Positions 18,734 through 26,802 of a stretch of 32,000 nt of DNA are shown one piece after another. The stretch is from positions 2,309,218-2,341,217 of the forward strand of contig NZ_CP073695.1 in NCBI RefSeq assembly GCF_018228765.1, read 5' to 3'. This DNA is from Halorubrum ruber (GTDB lineage: Archaea > Halobacteriota > Halobacteria > Halobacteriales > Haloferacaceae). Numbering within the stretch: position 1 is the first letter of the stretch; every line of letters begins with the position of its first letter. The translations under genes and the position numbers were made by a program. The notes under the pieces are model-generated. The model made no database searches. It saw only the letters and a list, made by a program, of their open reading frames with translations, and had not been told where the DNA came from.

Positions 18734-20755
18734 ATGGCATCGTTTGAGACTACATCTTCTGACGAGGCCGGTAATGCTCGAACCGGAACTCTCCACACTC
18801 CTCACGGTGATGTGGAAACGCCAGCGTTCTTCCCAGTTGTCAATTTCATAGGCGGACCAGATGAGAAATCAGGGGGAATATGGAGCCGACTTCGGAATCA
18901 CCTATTCGGCGAACCGGATTTTCAGGGAGCGATGTTTCAAGCGATGAGCTTCCTCGATTTTAACATCTCTCCCGATTCTCTCGATAACTGGCGATCAAAG
19001 TCTCTTCATGAGCATTTCACTGGGCATGAGCCAGTTAAGCCATATCATGATCAGCCGGAAGACTTTACCAAGCCGTTGTTTGTTGACTCTGGCGGATTCA
19101 AACTGCTGAATTCCGATACGTTCGGAGATAGACCTGAGGAGGGTGGTTCAGATAACGACTGGTCGATATACACCAATCCTGAGAGCATCCTTGAATTACA
19201 ACTTGACTACGGCGCGGACATAATTGCCACACTAGATTACCCCATTCCACCGAATCTCAACGAGGAAGAGACGACTCAGCGAATGGAAGACAGTATTGAT
19301 AGTGCTATACGCTGTCTTGAGCTTCTTGAACAAAGAGATGAGTCACCAGCAGTCTATGTGGCCATTCATGGCCACGACTACGAAACGATCAACTGGTATG
19401 TTGGTACGTTTCTTGACCGGGCAGGAGACCTTGACAACGCGTTCGAAGGGTTTGCAGTAGGGTCGCTAGTTCCACTCCGCACCAACGTAGAAACACTCGT
19501 TGATATTGTACAGGGTGCGAAGGATGCAATTCCTGAAAATCGGGTAGACGACCTCGGACTGCACCTGTTCGGCATTAGTGGGAAGTTCACTGCACTTCTT
19601 GCTCTTCTGGGTGCAGACTCGTTCGATTCATCTAGCTACATCCGTGCTGCCCAATTCAAGAAATTCATCAACCGCGAAATCGGTGTTGACGACGGTACGA
19701 CCGTTCGGCACCCAGATTCGGATAGCCACGATCTTGGCGATTTTGGTGTCGACATAGAACGGACATCTGAAGCGCGCTGGGCAGCGGACTGGTCAAAGTT
19801 CTCTGCCGATCAGATCCCCGACGACTGGGATTGCCAGTGCTCAGCTTGCGAAGCACTCCGCGAGATTGGGTATGACCAGATGCAGTCCACCCTATTCGAC
19901 AGCAAATCGTATGACCAGAGCGGAGATCATATGAAGAGCGATTTCTACGCGCTAATGGGGTATCACAACTTCCACGTTTATCAAGACGAGATGGACTATG
20001 TCCGCAATCTTATCCAACAGGGAGATGGTGAACTCCTCGACTACGTCGCTAAGATGGCCCGTAATGATGTAGGCGGCATTAGACAGGCACTCAAACGGGC
20101 TACTGTCCGCGACAGAGATTTGGCTACAGAACTCCGAGAACGTGGTTACGACAGACTCGTCGCTGAACGGGCGGACGGAGAGCAGGAACGCCTCAATGTC
20201 GACCTTCCGGTTGAAAGCCACGAGATCTCTCTTGAGTACACGCCCGAGGACTTCAATGTCTTAGAGCGTGACGACTATTGTCCGGGTGACGAACGAGTAC
20301 TTCTGATCATACCCTGCAGTCAAACCAAGCCGTACTCAAATTCCCGCACTCACCGAGTAGTCGCTGACGCGACTACCGAATGGAAGGATGAAATACACAA
20401 AGTCACCGTTTCAGGGATGTACGGTCCTGTCCCTGAAGAATTTGAGAATATTTCACCGATCAAATCATACGAATACGTCCTAACTGATGCCGAAACAGAC
20501 CGTCAGAATCTCATCAAAAATCGACTCGTCGAATATTTAAATCGTTTTGGCGGTGACTTCGATGTAATTGTTGGCTACGCCACGAGTAAGACATATCGTG
20601 AAGTCATCAAGCGATCCTTGGAAGAGTATGGCGAAGGTGTAGTTTTGCCTCGTGAACCCGAAATGCGAGCGTTGACAGAACACTTCCGTACAACGAATCT
20701 TCAGCAATTGGCAGACTATCTTGAGGAAGAATTAGCACCCCAAACCCGGAATTAG
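18734..20755 (+). CDS. TGT-fold / DUF5591-like fusion, ArcS-like but lacking PUA (673 aa)
   Basis: The N-terminal half has GNARTGTLHTPHGDVETPAFFPVVNF, FVDSGGFKLL, AVGSLVP, HLFGISG, GADSFDSSSY, and zinc motif CQCSAC followed by GYHNFH. The C-terminal roughly 155 aa (about nt 20290-20755) has LLIIPCSQTKPYSNSRTH..SGMYGPVPEE..YEY, as in the ArcS DUF5591 region. Confidence 0.85.
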   Translation: MASFETTSSDEAGNARTGTLHTPHGDVETPAFFPVVNFIGGPDEKSGGIWSRLRNHLFGEPDFQGAMFQAMSFLDFNISPDSLDNWRSKSLHEHFTGHEPVKPYHDQPEDFTKPLFVDSGGFKLLNSDTFGDRPEEGGSDNDWSIYTNPESILELQLDYGADIIATLDYPIPPNLNEEETTQRMEDSIDSAIRCLELLEQRDESPAVYVAIHGHDYETINWYVGTFLDRAGDLDNAFEGFAVGSLVPLRTNVETLVDIVQGAKDAIPENRVDDLGLHLFGISGKFTALLALLGADSFDSSSYIRAAQFKKFINREIGVDDGTTVRHPDSDSHDLGDFGVDIERTSEARWAADWSKFSADQIPDDWDCQCSACEALREIGYDQMQSTLFDSKSYDQSGDHMKSDFYALMGYHNFHVYQDEMDYVRNLIQQGDGELLDYVAKMARNDVGGIRQALKRATVRDRDLATELRERGYDRLVAERADGEQERLNVDLPVESHEISLEYTPEDFNVLERDDYCPGDERVLLIIPCSQTKPYSNSRTHRVVADATTEWKDEIHKVTVSGMYGPVPEEFENISPIKSYEYVLTDAETDRQNLIKNRLVEYLNRFGGDFDVIVGYATSKTYREVIKRSLEEYGEGVVLPREPEMRALTEHFRTTNLQQLADYLEEELAPQTRN

Positions 20756-20810
20756 ATCAACTAAGCCCGCATCCGGGTGGTGTACGACCTTACTGACTCA
20801 GATCAGCGGA

Positions 20811-20875
20811 TCTGAAATCCTGTTCTTCAGAGACATCTTCTTCTGATACAGTTGGTCGCTAAAGAGTATACACCA
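20811..20875 (+). repeat. Intergenic hairpin motif, copy A (short form)
   Basis: TCAGA-N10-TCTGA at 20827-20846, followed by ACAGTTGGTCGCTAAAGAGTATAC. Aligns with copies at 21.7, 23.1 and 26.8 kb. Confidence 0.7.
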
Positions 20876-21013
20876 ATCATTAGCTTAGGTATCTAATAGG
20901 CAGAACTCGACTATCAACTATAGAACTTGCAGCCCTTCTGGTGTCGGCAATAACGACTATTGTAGGTAGAGCCAACATTTATACTGGTGTAGGAACAACC
21001 AACATATGTCGTT

Positions 21014-21568
21014 ATGACACAAAATGCTATCAGCGAAGAGGAAAGCAGAGAAGAATTGTACGAGACAGTTGTTCATATACTCAGTGAGCAGTTTTCGTAC
21101 AACATGACGCCCGCTGAAGCAGTGGACTACCTCGCTGTGGAGAAAGCTGGTGTTGCGACCGGAAAATGGGCAGACGTCCGTGAAGTCGCTCACTCAACCG
21201 TAAGCGGAAACGTCAGCGGTGCCAGAGACAAAATCAATATGAACCGCCTTGATGCCGAAGTAACAAACGAGGACGATCAAATCGTGGTCAGGGTGGCCGA
21301 TCAGGATGACGAGAAGCATGAACTTCAGTTCCAAAAAGAGACATCCGTAATGGGGAGGGAGACCACTGCCACGCTAACACTCGTGTATGAAGCGATGAGG
21401 GCAGTGCATGGGCATTACATTGGTGACGATGGTACGGAGTTTGAGTCAACATTATGGTTCGATGGCCGGATGACAAGCTCATTCGAGGAGTTCGACTTCA
21501 GGGGTGAATGGGGTTCACCAGAAGCTAAGGCAGATTCGATTCTGTGGAGCCGAGACTCTGGCCAATAG
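21014..21568 (+). CDS. Hypothetical acidic protein (184 aa), possible N-terminal HTH
   Basis: ORF with ATG and a TATA-like TTTATAC about 30 nt upstream. No motif confidently recognised. Confidence 0.55.
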   Translation: MTQNAISEEESREELYETVVHILSEQFSYNMTPAEAVDYLAVEKAGVATGKWADVREVAHSTVSGNVSGARDKINMNRLDAEVTNEDDQIVVRVADQDDEKHELQFQKETSVMGRETTATLTLVYEAMRAVHGHYIGDDGTEFESTLWFDGRMTSSFEEFDFRGEWGSPEAKADSILWSRDSGQ

Positions 21569-21600
21569 CGATTAGTTCTGCTGTGCGTTGTCGTCACTGC

Positions 21601-21625
21601 TTTTTGATTCTATTTTCGAATTTTT
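21601..21625 (+). terminator. Oligo-T tract cluster (T5, T4, T5)
   Basis: Three T-runs within 25 nt, about 35 nt downstream of the stop at 21568. Archaeal terminators are typically oligo-T. Confidence 0.3.
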
Positions 21626-21680
21626 CGCGTAGCACTGTACGGATGACCGAGGTGCTGTTGTCTTAATCTGTGGCAACAGT

Positions 21681-21932
21681 CTATTCGAATCTGTTGTATC
21701 TCCTTTTTCAGATATCTTCTTGTCTGAAACAGCTGGTTGCTGAAGAGTACGAACCATCCTATTGCTCGGAGCATAGAACTAATAACAATCCGTCATACCT
21801 GATCCTATGACAGGGTATGACGCTCTCAGTCTCCGACAAATCTTGATACTCTTGCTCGGCGTCAGCATGATTGTGAGTGGTGCGGCCGGCCTCGCCGGAG
21901 TCTTCTAACTGATTCACTGTACTGAGCGATTC
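21681..21932 (+). repeat. About 250-bp direct repeat, copy 1 (hairpin motif copy B + promoter-like region + 33-aa ORF)
   Basis: Aligns along its length with 26803-27058, by eye roughly three-quarters identical. Contains TTCAGA-N10-TCTGAA at 21707-21728. Confidence 0.8.
21807..21908 (+). CDS. Small hydrophobic peptide (33 aa), paralog 1
   Basis: MTGYDALSLRQILILLLGVSMIVSGAAGLAGVF. Has the same length, frame and stop as the 26932 paralog. 5 of 15 differing codons are synonymous. AACTAATA box lies about 25 nt upstream. Confidence 0.45.
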   Translation: MTGYDALSLRQILILLLGVSMIVSGAAGLAGVF

Positions 21933-22058
21933 TTGATTCCCCTGTATTGCCGTAACGAGACAAACGTAGTTCCTATTGAGGATTTCACAGAACCTCATCA
22001 TCCTAGTCACCAATGTATGCGGACACTAGACCGTGAACAGGTGTACACGGGTGTCGTC

Positions 22059-22066
22059 TTTTATAA
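22059..22066 (+). promoter_or_regulatory. TATA box (TTTTATAA) for the serine recombinase gene
   Basis: Ends 28 nt upstream of ATG 22094. Confidence 0.4.
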
Positions 22067-22093
22067 GAATAGATCACTAATCTGAGGATGTAG

Positions 22094-22861
22094 ATGACAT
22101 CCGATCAAATTGCTGCGTACGTACGAGCATCCACCGACAAGCAAGAGACATCCCACCAGCGGGACGATATCAACGAATGGGCCAAGCAAAACGGACATGC
22201 TCCGACCGAGATTGAGTGGTACGTCGACCTCGCGGAATCAGGTAGCGACCCCGGGCGCAAACAATTCAATTCACTCATCGACGACGTCGAAGCAGGCAAT
22301 TATGAGCGGGTGATCACGTGGGAGATCAGTCGATTATCGAGACTCGGGAGCACGTATCAGCGATTCTTTGAAGTGGCAGCTGACGCCGACACGATCGTGA
22401 ATGTCACGAACGGGTGGACAGACACTATCCTACCCGACGGCACCGGCAAGCTCATCGCAGATATAAGCGCGGCAGTTGCCGAGGAGGAACGCAGAAAGCT
22501 CATCAGTCGGATCAATTCAGGAGTAAAAAGAGCACGAAAAGAGGGCAAGTGGTTGGGCGAAGTTCCCACGGGATTTGACCGGAACGAACTGGGATACCTA
22601 CGACCACTAATCAACCCAGGAGAGGGCAAAGTGGGATACCTCGAAATGCGGGAAGCGCTCGTCGACATCGAGGAGGGAGAGTCATACAATTCTGCAGCTG
22701 CATCGATGGCGACGACCCGACAGACGTTGAGCCGAATCGATCAGGATGACGAGCGGCGATCATGGTACCTTGACGGACGAGCCGAGGACGATCGTGTCGC
22801 TGAAGCTCTCGAAACAGTGTCGAGTAGTAGCGATAACTTGAGGACTCCGACAGACTCCTAG
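22094..22861 (+). CDS. Small serine recombinase (resolvase/invertase family, 255 aa)
   Basis: AAYVRASTDKQ (catalytic Ser context), VITWEISRLSR, and C-terminal HTH-like SYNSAAASMATTRQTLSRI. Confidence 0.85.
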   Translation: MTSDQIAAYVRASTDKQETSHQRDDINEWAKQNGHAPTEIEWYVDLAESGSDPGRKQFNSLIDDVEAGNYERVITWEISRLSRLGSTYQRFFEVAADADTIVNVTNGWTDTILPDGTGKLIADISAAVAEEERRKLISRINSGVKRARKEGKWLGEVPTGFDRNELGYLRPLINPGEGKVGYLEMREALVDIEEGESYNSAAASMATTRQTLSRIDQDDERRSWYLDGRAEDDRVAEALETVSSSSDNLRTPTDS

Positions 22862-23116
22862 GAAACGCTCTTTGGATCGATGGACAACCCCCGTAAATGA
22901 ATATGTGATGATGGTGACTCTACATATAACGTAGAATCTCAATCACTGGTATTACGCCATAATAAGGATGTTTCTCATGGTGTAGGGCCCAGCGGAGTCG
23001 TTTCCGACAGGATTGGTTCGTCCTCCGCGGCATGGCCGCGTAGACGTTTTTCCTGCCGATCTTATCTCCGCCACTGTCTTAGAAGTTTATTAGATGAATA
23101 AAATTTTTGGCTCTCT

Positions 23117-23177
23117 TGAAATCCTACTCTTTAGACACATCCTAGCCTAAAACAGTTGTTCGGTGAGAACTGCGAAC
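23117..23177 (+). repeat. Intergenic hairpin motif, copy D (short, divergent)
   Basis: TGAAATCCT..TTTAG-N12-CTAAA (23130-23151) followed by ACAGTTGTTCGGTGAGAACTGCGAAC. The stem differs from the other copies by paired substitutions. Confidence 0.55.
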
Positions 23178-23294
23178 TTGCCTCGTCGAGTCCCACCAGT
23201 TACAGATAGTGTTTAAAACGACGTACAAGATGTAGGACGCGTATCTGGCACGAGGAAAAATAATTTATTGAATGAAAATCGGAGTTAGTACCAT

Positions 23295-23777
23295 ATGTCA
23301 AGACCTCTTCCCGCTGATTGGAGAAACCGACGTAGAGAAATTCTCCGCAGAGATGATTACATGTGTCGGAATTGCGAAAGACATGAGGATATGCGAAACG
23401 TCTCGCTCGAAGTCCATCATATTGTTCCACGTCGTCGAGGCGGAACCCATGAAAAGTACAACCTCGTTACGATGTGCAGTCACTGCCATGACCGAGTACA
23501 TAATGGTGATGTGGAAACACCAGACGATCCGTTAGGATATATTGACCGTATAAAACAAGAAGTGAGGAGCTTTCGGTGGCGACAAGCGAATATCACAGAT
23601 ATCGACGCACAGTCTATTGCCAGAACAGTTGCCGGGTCATTCCCGGACCCCACCTCGATTCAAACTCATACGTCATTAAGAGATACTCTCAGAAATCCTC
23701 CGCAACGAACATTCCCCAACTTTTTGCTCGATATTGGTTATCATGTGACAGAAAGAGAGGCCACTTGTGCTGAGTGA
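23295..23777 (+). CDS. HNH endonuclease (160 aa)
   Basis: CRNCERHE..LEVHHIVPRRRGGTHEKYNLVTMCSHCHDRVH (CxxC..HH..N..CxxCH HNH motif). Confidence 0.85.
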   Translation: MSRPLPADWRNRRREILRRDDYMCRNCERHEDMRNVSLEVHHIVPRRRGGTHEKYNLVTMCSHCHDRVHNGDVETPDDPLGYIDRIKQEVRSFRWRQANITDIDAQSIARTVAGSFPDPTSIQTHTSLRDTLRNPPQRTFPNFLLDIGYHVTEREATCAE

Positions 23778-24133
23778 ATCCTCAGGATTTGATAGTTTCC
23801 TCCCTCAATTGCTCAGTACAGGGAGACTGACGAGTAATCTGCGGTGCGGTGGCGCGCGCCTCCGAGCGCCCATCGGGTGCGAGGAGCGCCGCGCGAAGGA
23901 GCCGATGGTCCGGAGTTACTCTCGTTCTATGACGAGGCGGACGAAGACACGATGAGCGGGGCAGAACGGGTTGAGCTGTACCGTGTGGCGTGAGTACCAA
24001 GACGAGGTCAAGTAGTGATTGGTACCACACATTCTTCGTGGCGATCAGTGTTGGTGACATATGGATTTGGAACGCCAGAAGTCAGCATCTACCAGTAGAT
24101 GCGCCAATGCCAAAATCGAACTCTGAAGCGAAG

Positions 24134-24619
24134 TTAATCGCCGAATAGGCCCGTCTGGTCGTACAAAAGACCAATCCCAGCTAACCCGACTATTAATATG
24201 ACGAGTGTGTTCATCCGACTGCCCGACAATATCTGAATGTTCAGTCGAAACAGCCCGAATGCCGCGATAATCAACACTACTCCCCAATAGCCCCAAAGAG
24301 AGTCTGTATTCCTGAATTTCTGTACAAATCCAAGGAACGTCACTATAGCGGTGACAAATACGATATTTATCAGATTGATGGCCCCACTTTCACCGGTTAG
24401 ACCACTGGTAATGTTGGTCCATAAATTGGATATGAACGTTTGGAGGATGAACGAGCCGTTCTGAATTACTGTCTCAGCGTATGACCAGAGTGCCTGTCCT
24501 ACAAACCATAGTAGTGCCGCGCTCGCTATTGCCCCACCTACCCAAATGAGAAGCCTCTCCCACCAATACTTAGTTCGCCATAGTCGGGAACGCGCCCAGT
24601 CACTGATTCCGTCTGCCAT
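24134..24619 (-). CDS. Integral membrane protein (161 aa)
   Basis: ORF with about four hydrophobic helices. No motif recognised. Confidence 0.6.
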   Translation of the reverse strand: MADGISDWARSRLWRTKYWWERLLIWVGGAIASAALLWFVGQALWSYAETVIQNGSFILQTFISNLWTNITSGLTGESGAINLINIVFVTAIVTFLGFVQKFRNTDSLWGYWGVVLIIAAFGLFRLNIQILSGSRMNTLVILIVGLAGIGLLYDQTGLFGD

Positions 24620-24870
24620 TATGAAAGGTTAGCACAGGACGCTACAAAAACAGAAGGTGTAGGAATAGATGGCTCTGTTGAAATCCTCCAACCCTGATAT
24701 AAACGGCGTGCTGAATACAAGGCGCGAACGTGTTACGAAACGAGGTTAGTTTGTGGAGTGAATAGTTGTTAACTACGACTGATGTGCATACCAGTTACTT
24801 ATAGGATAGTTCGTTGAACCGAAATGTCGTGTCAGTTGATTATTTATTATTCTATCCCAAAACAATTGCC

Positions 24871-25437
24871 ATGCCAGAAGTGTTCAGTAGTTTAGAAATG
24901 TTGATTATGGCCGTAGTGATAGTATTCCCACTGAGTATTACTGGTATTTTTCATCTGGTTGGTTGTAGATTAGGTGCGTGGTTCTTCGGAGGCGTGACTA
25001 CGGTTCTTTTTGTCATGACGTTCGGATATACTATTAATGCTATTTGGTATTCGAGTACTGCCCGATCTGGGTCTCTCTTTGTGGGAAGTCCGTTGATTAT
25101 AGGCAAGACCGCTTACTTACTTGGTCTTGCTGTAGAAGCAATCATAATTCTCATTGCTGGCCTAACCAGCGACTGGGAAAGTCATATTAATTCAGGACGG
25201 CTTCGAGAATTTGTTTTGCGTATTCTTTTTCTGCTTGCTACGGGTGGGATTCTTCATTACCACCCGGATATTCTCATCTCTTTATTCGGTTTGGTAGGTT
25301 GGATACTCACCACATCCGACATACGATCTTTACTGATTCCTGTACTAACCGCCCTTCTTGCGGCTAATCTTGTGGAGATATCGTACAATCTGTATTGCCA
25401 ATACAGCCAAACATATCTCACCAATAATTCCGAGTAG
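24871..25437 (+). CDS. Integral membrane protein (188 aa from ATG 24871; track start is TTG 24814)
   Basis: Multiple hydrophobic helices. No motif recognised. Confidence 0.55.
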   Translation: MPEVFSSLEMLIMAVVIVFPLSITGIFHLVGCRLGAWFFGGVTTVLFVMTFGYTINAIWYSSTARSGSLFVGSPLIIGKTAYLLGLAVEAIIILIAGLTSDWESHINSGRLREFVLRILFLLATGGILHYHPDILISLFGLVGWILTTSDIRSLLIPVLTALLAANLVEISYNLYCQYSQTYLTNNSE

Positions 25438-25748
25438 TTATTGCTGAGATAGTCAGTAATGATTATTTGAAATATTATTTGTAGGATCACCGTCTGACAC
25501 GCCGGCAACACCTATCGGTTGTTCGATGATTATTTTTAGAAAACAACGCCGTTTTGATGCTGACTACAACGTCTATATTCAGCACGACAACGGAAATATA
25601 TCACCGCTTGAGGAGTTCAACAAAGCCGGTGATCTGTATCTGCCAGAAATCCGGTGCGTTCAACCCGTAAAGCCGCCAAAGGCTTACCTTCGAGCCCGGA
25701 TAAAATTAATTTGGAAGGAACACTGTCACACGCTCCTTCCACCCTTCC

Positions 25749-25901
25749 ATGAACGCTGACGAGTCGTCCCTCGGTCACTGTCCAAACTGTGGTGAGGATA
25801 TCTCGGAAGCGTGGATTCTTGTTGAATACGAAAAGGACGACGGCACTGTGGGTGTGTGGACCGAGTGCCCGATGTGTGAGGATGTCGTAGCCCCGGAGTA
25901 G
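25749..25901 (+). CDS. Small zinc-ribbon protein (50 aa)
   Basis: My own translation is MNADESSLGHCPNCGEDISEAWILVEYEKDDGTVGVWTECPMCEDVVAPE, with CPxCG and CPxC pairs as in haloarchaeal small zinc-finger proteins. Below the ORF-track cut-off. Confidence 0.55.
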   Translation: MNADESSLGHCPNCGEDISEAWILVEYEKDDGTVGVWTECPMCEDVVAPE

Positions 25902-25955
25902 CGCAGACAGCAGAATAAAGTGCTCTTCGTCGCGTATTCGCTGTAAGTTCTTCAA

Positions 25956-26369
25956 ATGGAGATTTCAAAGCAACTTCGGTGTCTGTTCTCGGGTAAAGTC
26001 GAAGAGCGTGATGGGTCATATGTGGTTGAGGTACCACAGCAAGAGATCACTCTTGGCGAGCTACAGGCAGACAAGACGTATCGTGTGGCAGTCCTGCCGT
26101 CACCCGAGACCAACGGGGCCAAGAATACGAACACCGATCAACAGCCCGAGCAAACGCCACAAACGCCCCCTGTCGAAGAGGGCGAACAACGTACAGTCGA
26201 GATCGAAGATATTGGTGACCAGGGCGACGGTATCACCCGTGTAGAGCGTGGGTTCGTCGTCATTGTTCCCGATACCAAACAAAGCGAGCGTGTTACTATC
26301 GAGATTACCGATGTCCGCGAGAATGTGGCCTTCGCGGAAGTTGTCGAGCGCATCAGTTATTACGAGTAG
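25956..26369 (+). CDS. TRAM-domain protein (137 aa)
   Basis: The C-terminal VEIEDIGDQGDGITRVERGFVVIVPDTKQSERVTIEITDVRENVAFAEVV is a typical TRAM/OB-like module. Confidence 0.75.
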   Translation: MEISKQLRCLFSGKVEERDGSYVVEVPQQEITLGELQADKTYRVAVLPSPETNGAKNTNTDQQPEQTPQTPPVEEGEQRTVEIEDIGDQGDGITRVERGFVVIVPDTKQSERVTIEITDVRENVAFAEVVERISYYE

Positions 26370-26400
26370 TCTGAAGTGTTGATTCTCTGTACTGAGCTGG

Positions 26401-26703
26401 TCAGGAACTGTGATCGATGTACTCGGCTTCCCACTCAGCTCGCGCCTGAATCTCTCTACTACCCCGACGTGTGGTAGTGTACTCGTTGGTCCGTCTATCG
26501 CGTTGACTTTTTTCGACAAGTCCCTTCTCAACAAGCGTGTCGAGATTCGGGTAGAGACGACCATGGTGAATCTCCTTTTCATAGTAGTTCTCAAGTTCGT
26601 CCTTGATTGCGAGCCCGTGTGGATCATCAAGGCCGGCGATTACGTACAGCAAGTCGCGCTGAAAACCAGTAAGATCATACATATCTTCACTTTTGGTGTT
26701 CAT
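26401..26703 (-). CDS. PadR-family winged-helix transcriptional regulator (100 aa)
   Basis: LTGFQRDLLYVIAGLDDPHGLAIKDELENYYEKEIHHGRLYPNLDTLVEKGLVEK matches the PadR pattern (G..I...L........G.lYp.L..Le..Glv). Confidence 0.8.
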   Translation of the reverse strand: MNTKSEDMYDLTGFQRDLLYVIAGLDDPHGLAIKDELENYYEKEIHHGRLYPNLDTLVEKGLVEKSQRDRRTNEYTTTRRGSREIQARAEWEAEYIDHSS

Positions 26704-26802
26704 GTTTTGAAATACTATTGATCTTCGAAATGACGCTCTGATATCATATTTGTTGAACTATTCACTCCGGAACAGCTATGTCATGGAATTCAGCAGAGTC
26801 AT

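Noticed and set aside
15882-20755. The reading that the two TGT-fold genes are simply the housekeeping tRNA enzymes ArcTGT and ArcS.
   Set aside because: This cannot be excluded without searches, but I consider it less likely. Both lack PUA/tRNA-binding C-terminal domains. They are AT-richer than the core. They sit in one operon with a GHKL ATPase next to a helicase inside accessory DNA.
21759-22013. Minus-strand ORFs over the 250-bp repeats (21759-22013 and 26799-26990), which share the peptide LVLCSEQ.
   Set aside because: One ORF terminates right after LVLCSEQ while the other continues, so the frame and termini are not conserved between copies. The + strand 33-aa ORF is conserved in length, frame and stop.
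23838-23993. GC-rich patch inside AT-rich DNA with a stop-free frame ending ..DGPELLSFYDEADEDTMSGAERVELYRVA*, plus the overlapping track ORFs 23767-23955 + and 23782-24060 -.
   Set aside because: It has no plausible start codon, and the upstream half of the frame is Arg-rich. It is most simply a short remnant of a GC-rich gene or a chance frame. There is not enough evidence to call a pseudogene or an RNA.
25526-25759. 77-aa + strand ORF upstream of the zinc-ribbon gene.
   Set aside because: Its basic Lys/Arg-rich composition is atypical for the acidic proteins here. It overlaps the zinc-ribbon start, and no motif was recognised. It is left uncalled rather than excluded with certainty.
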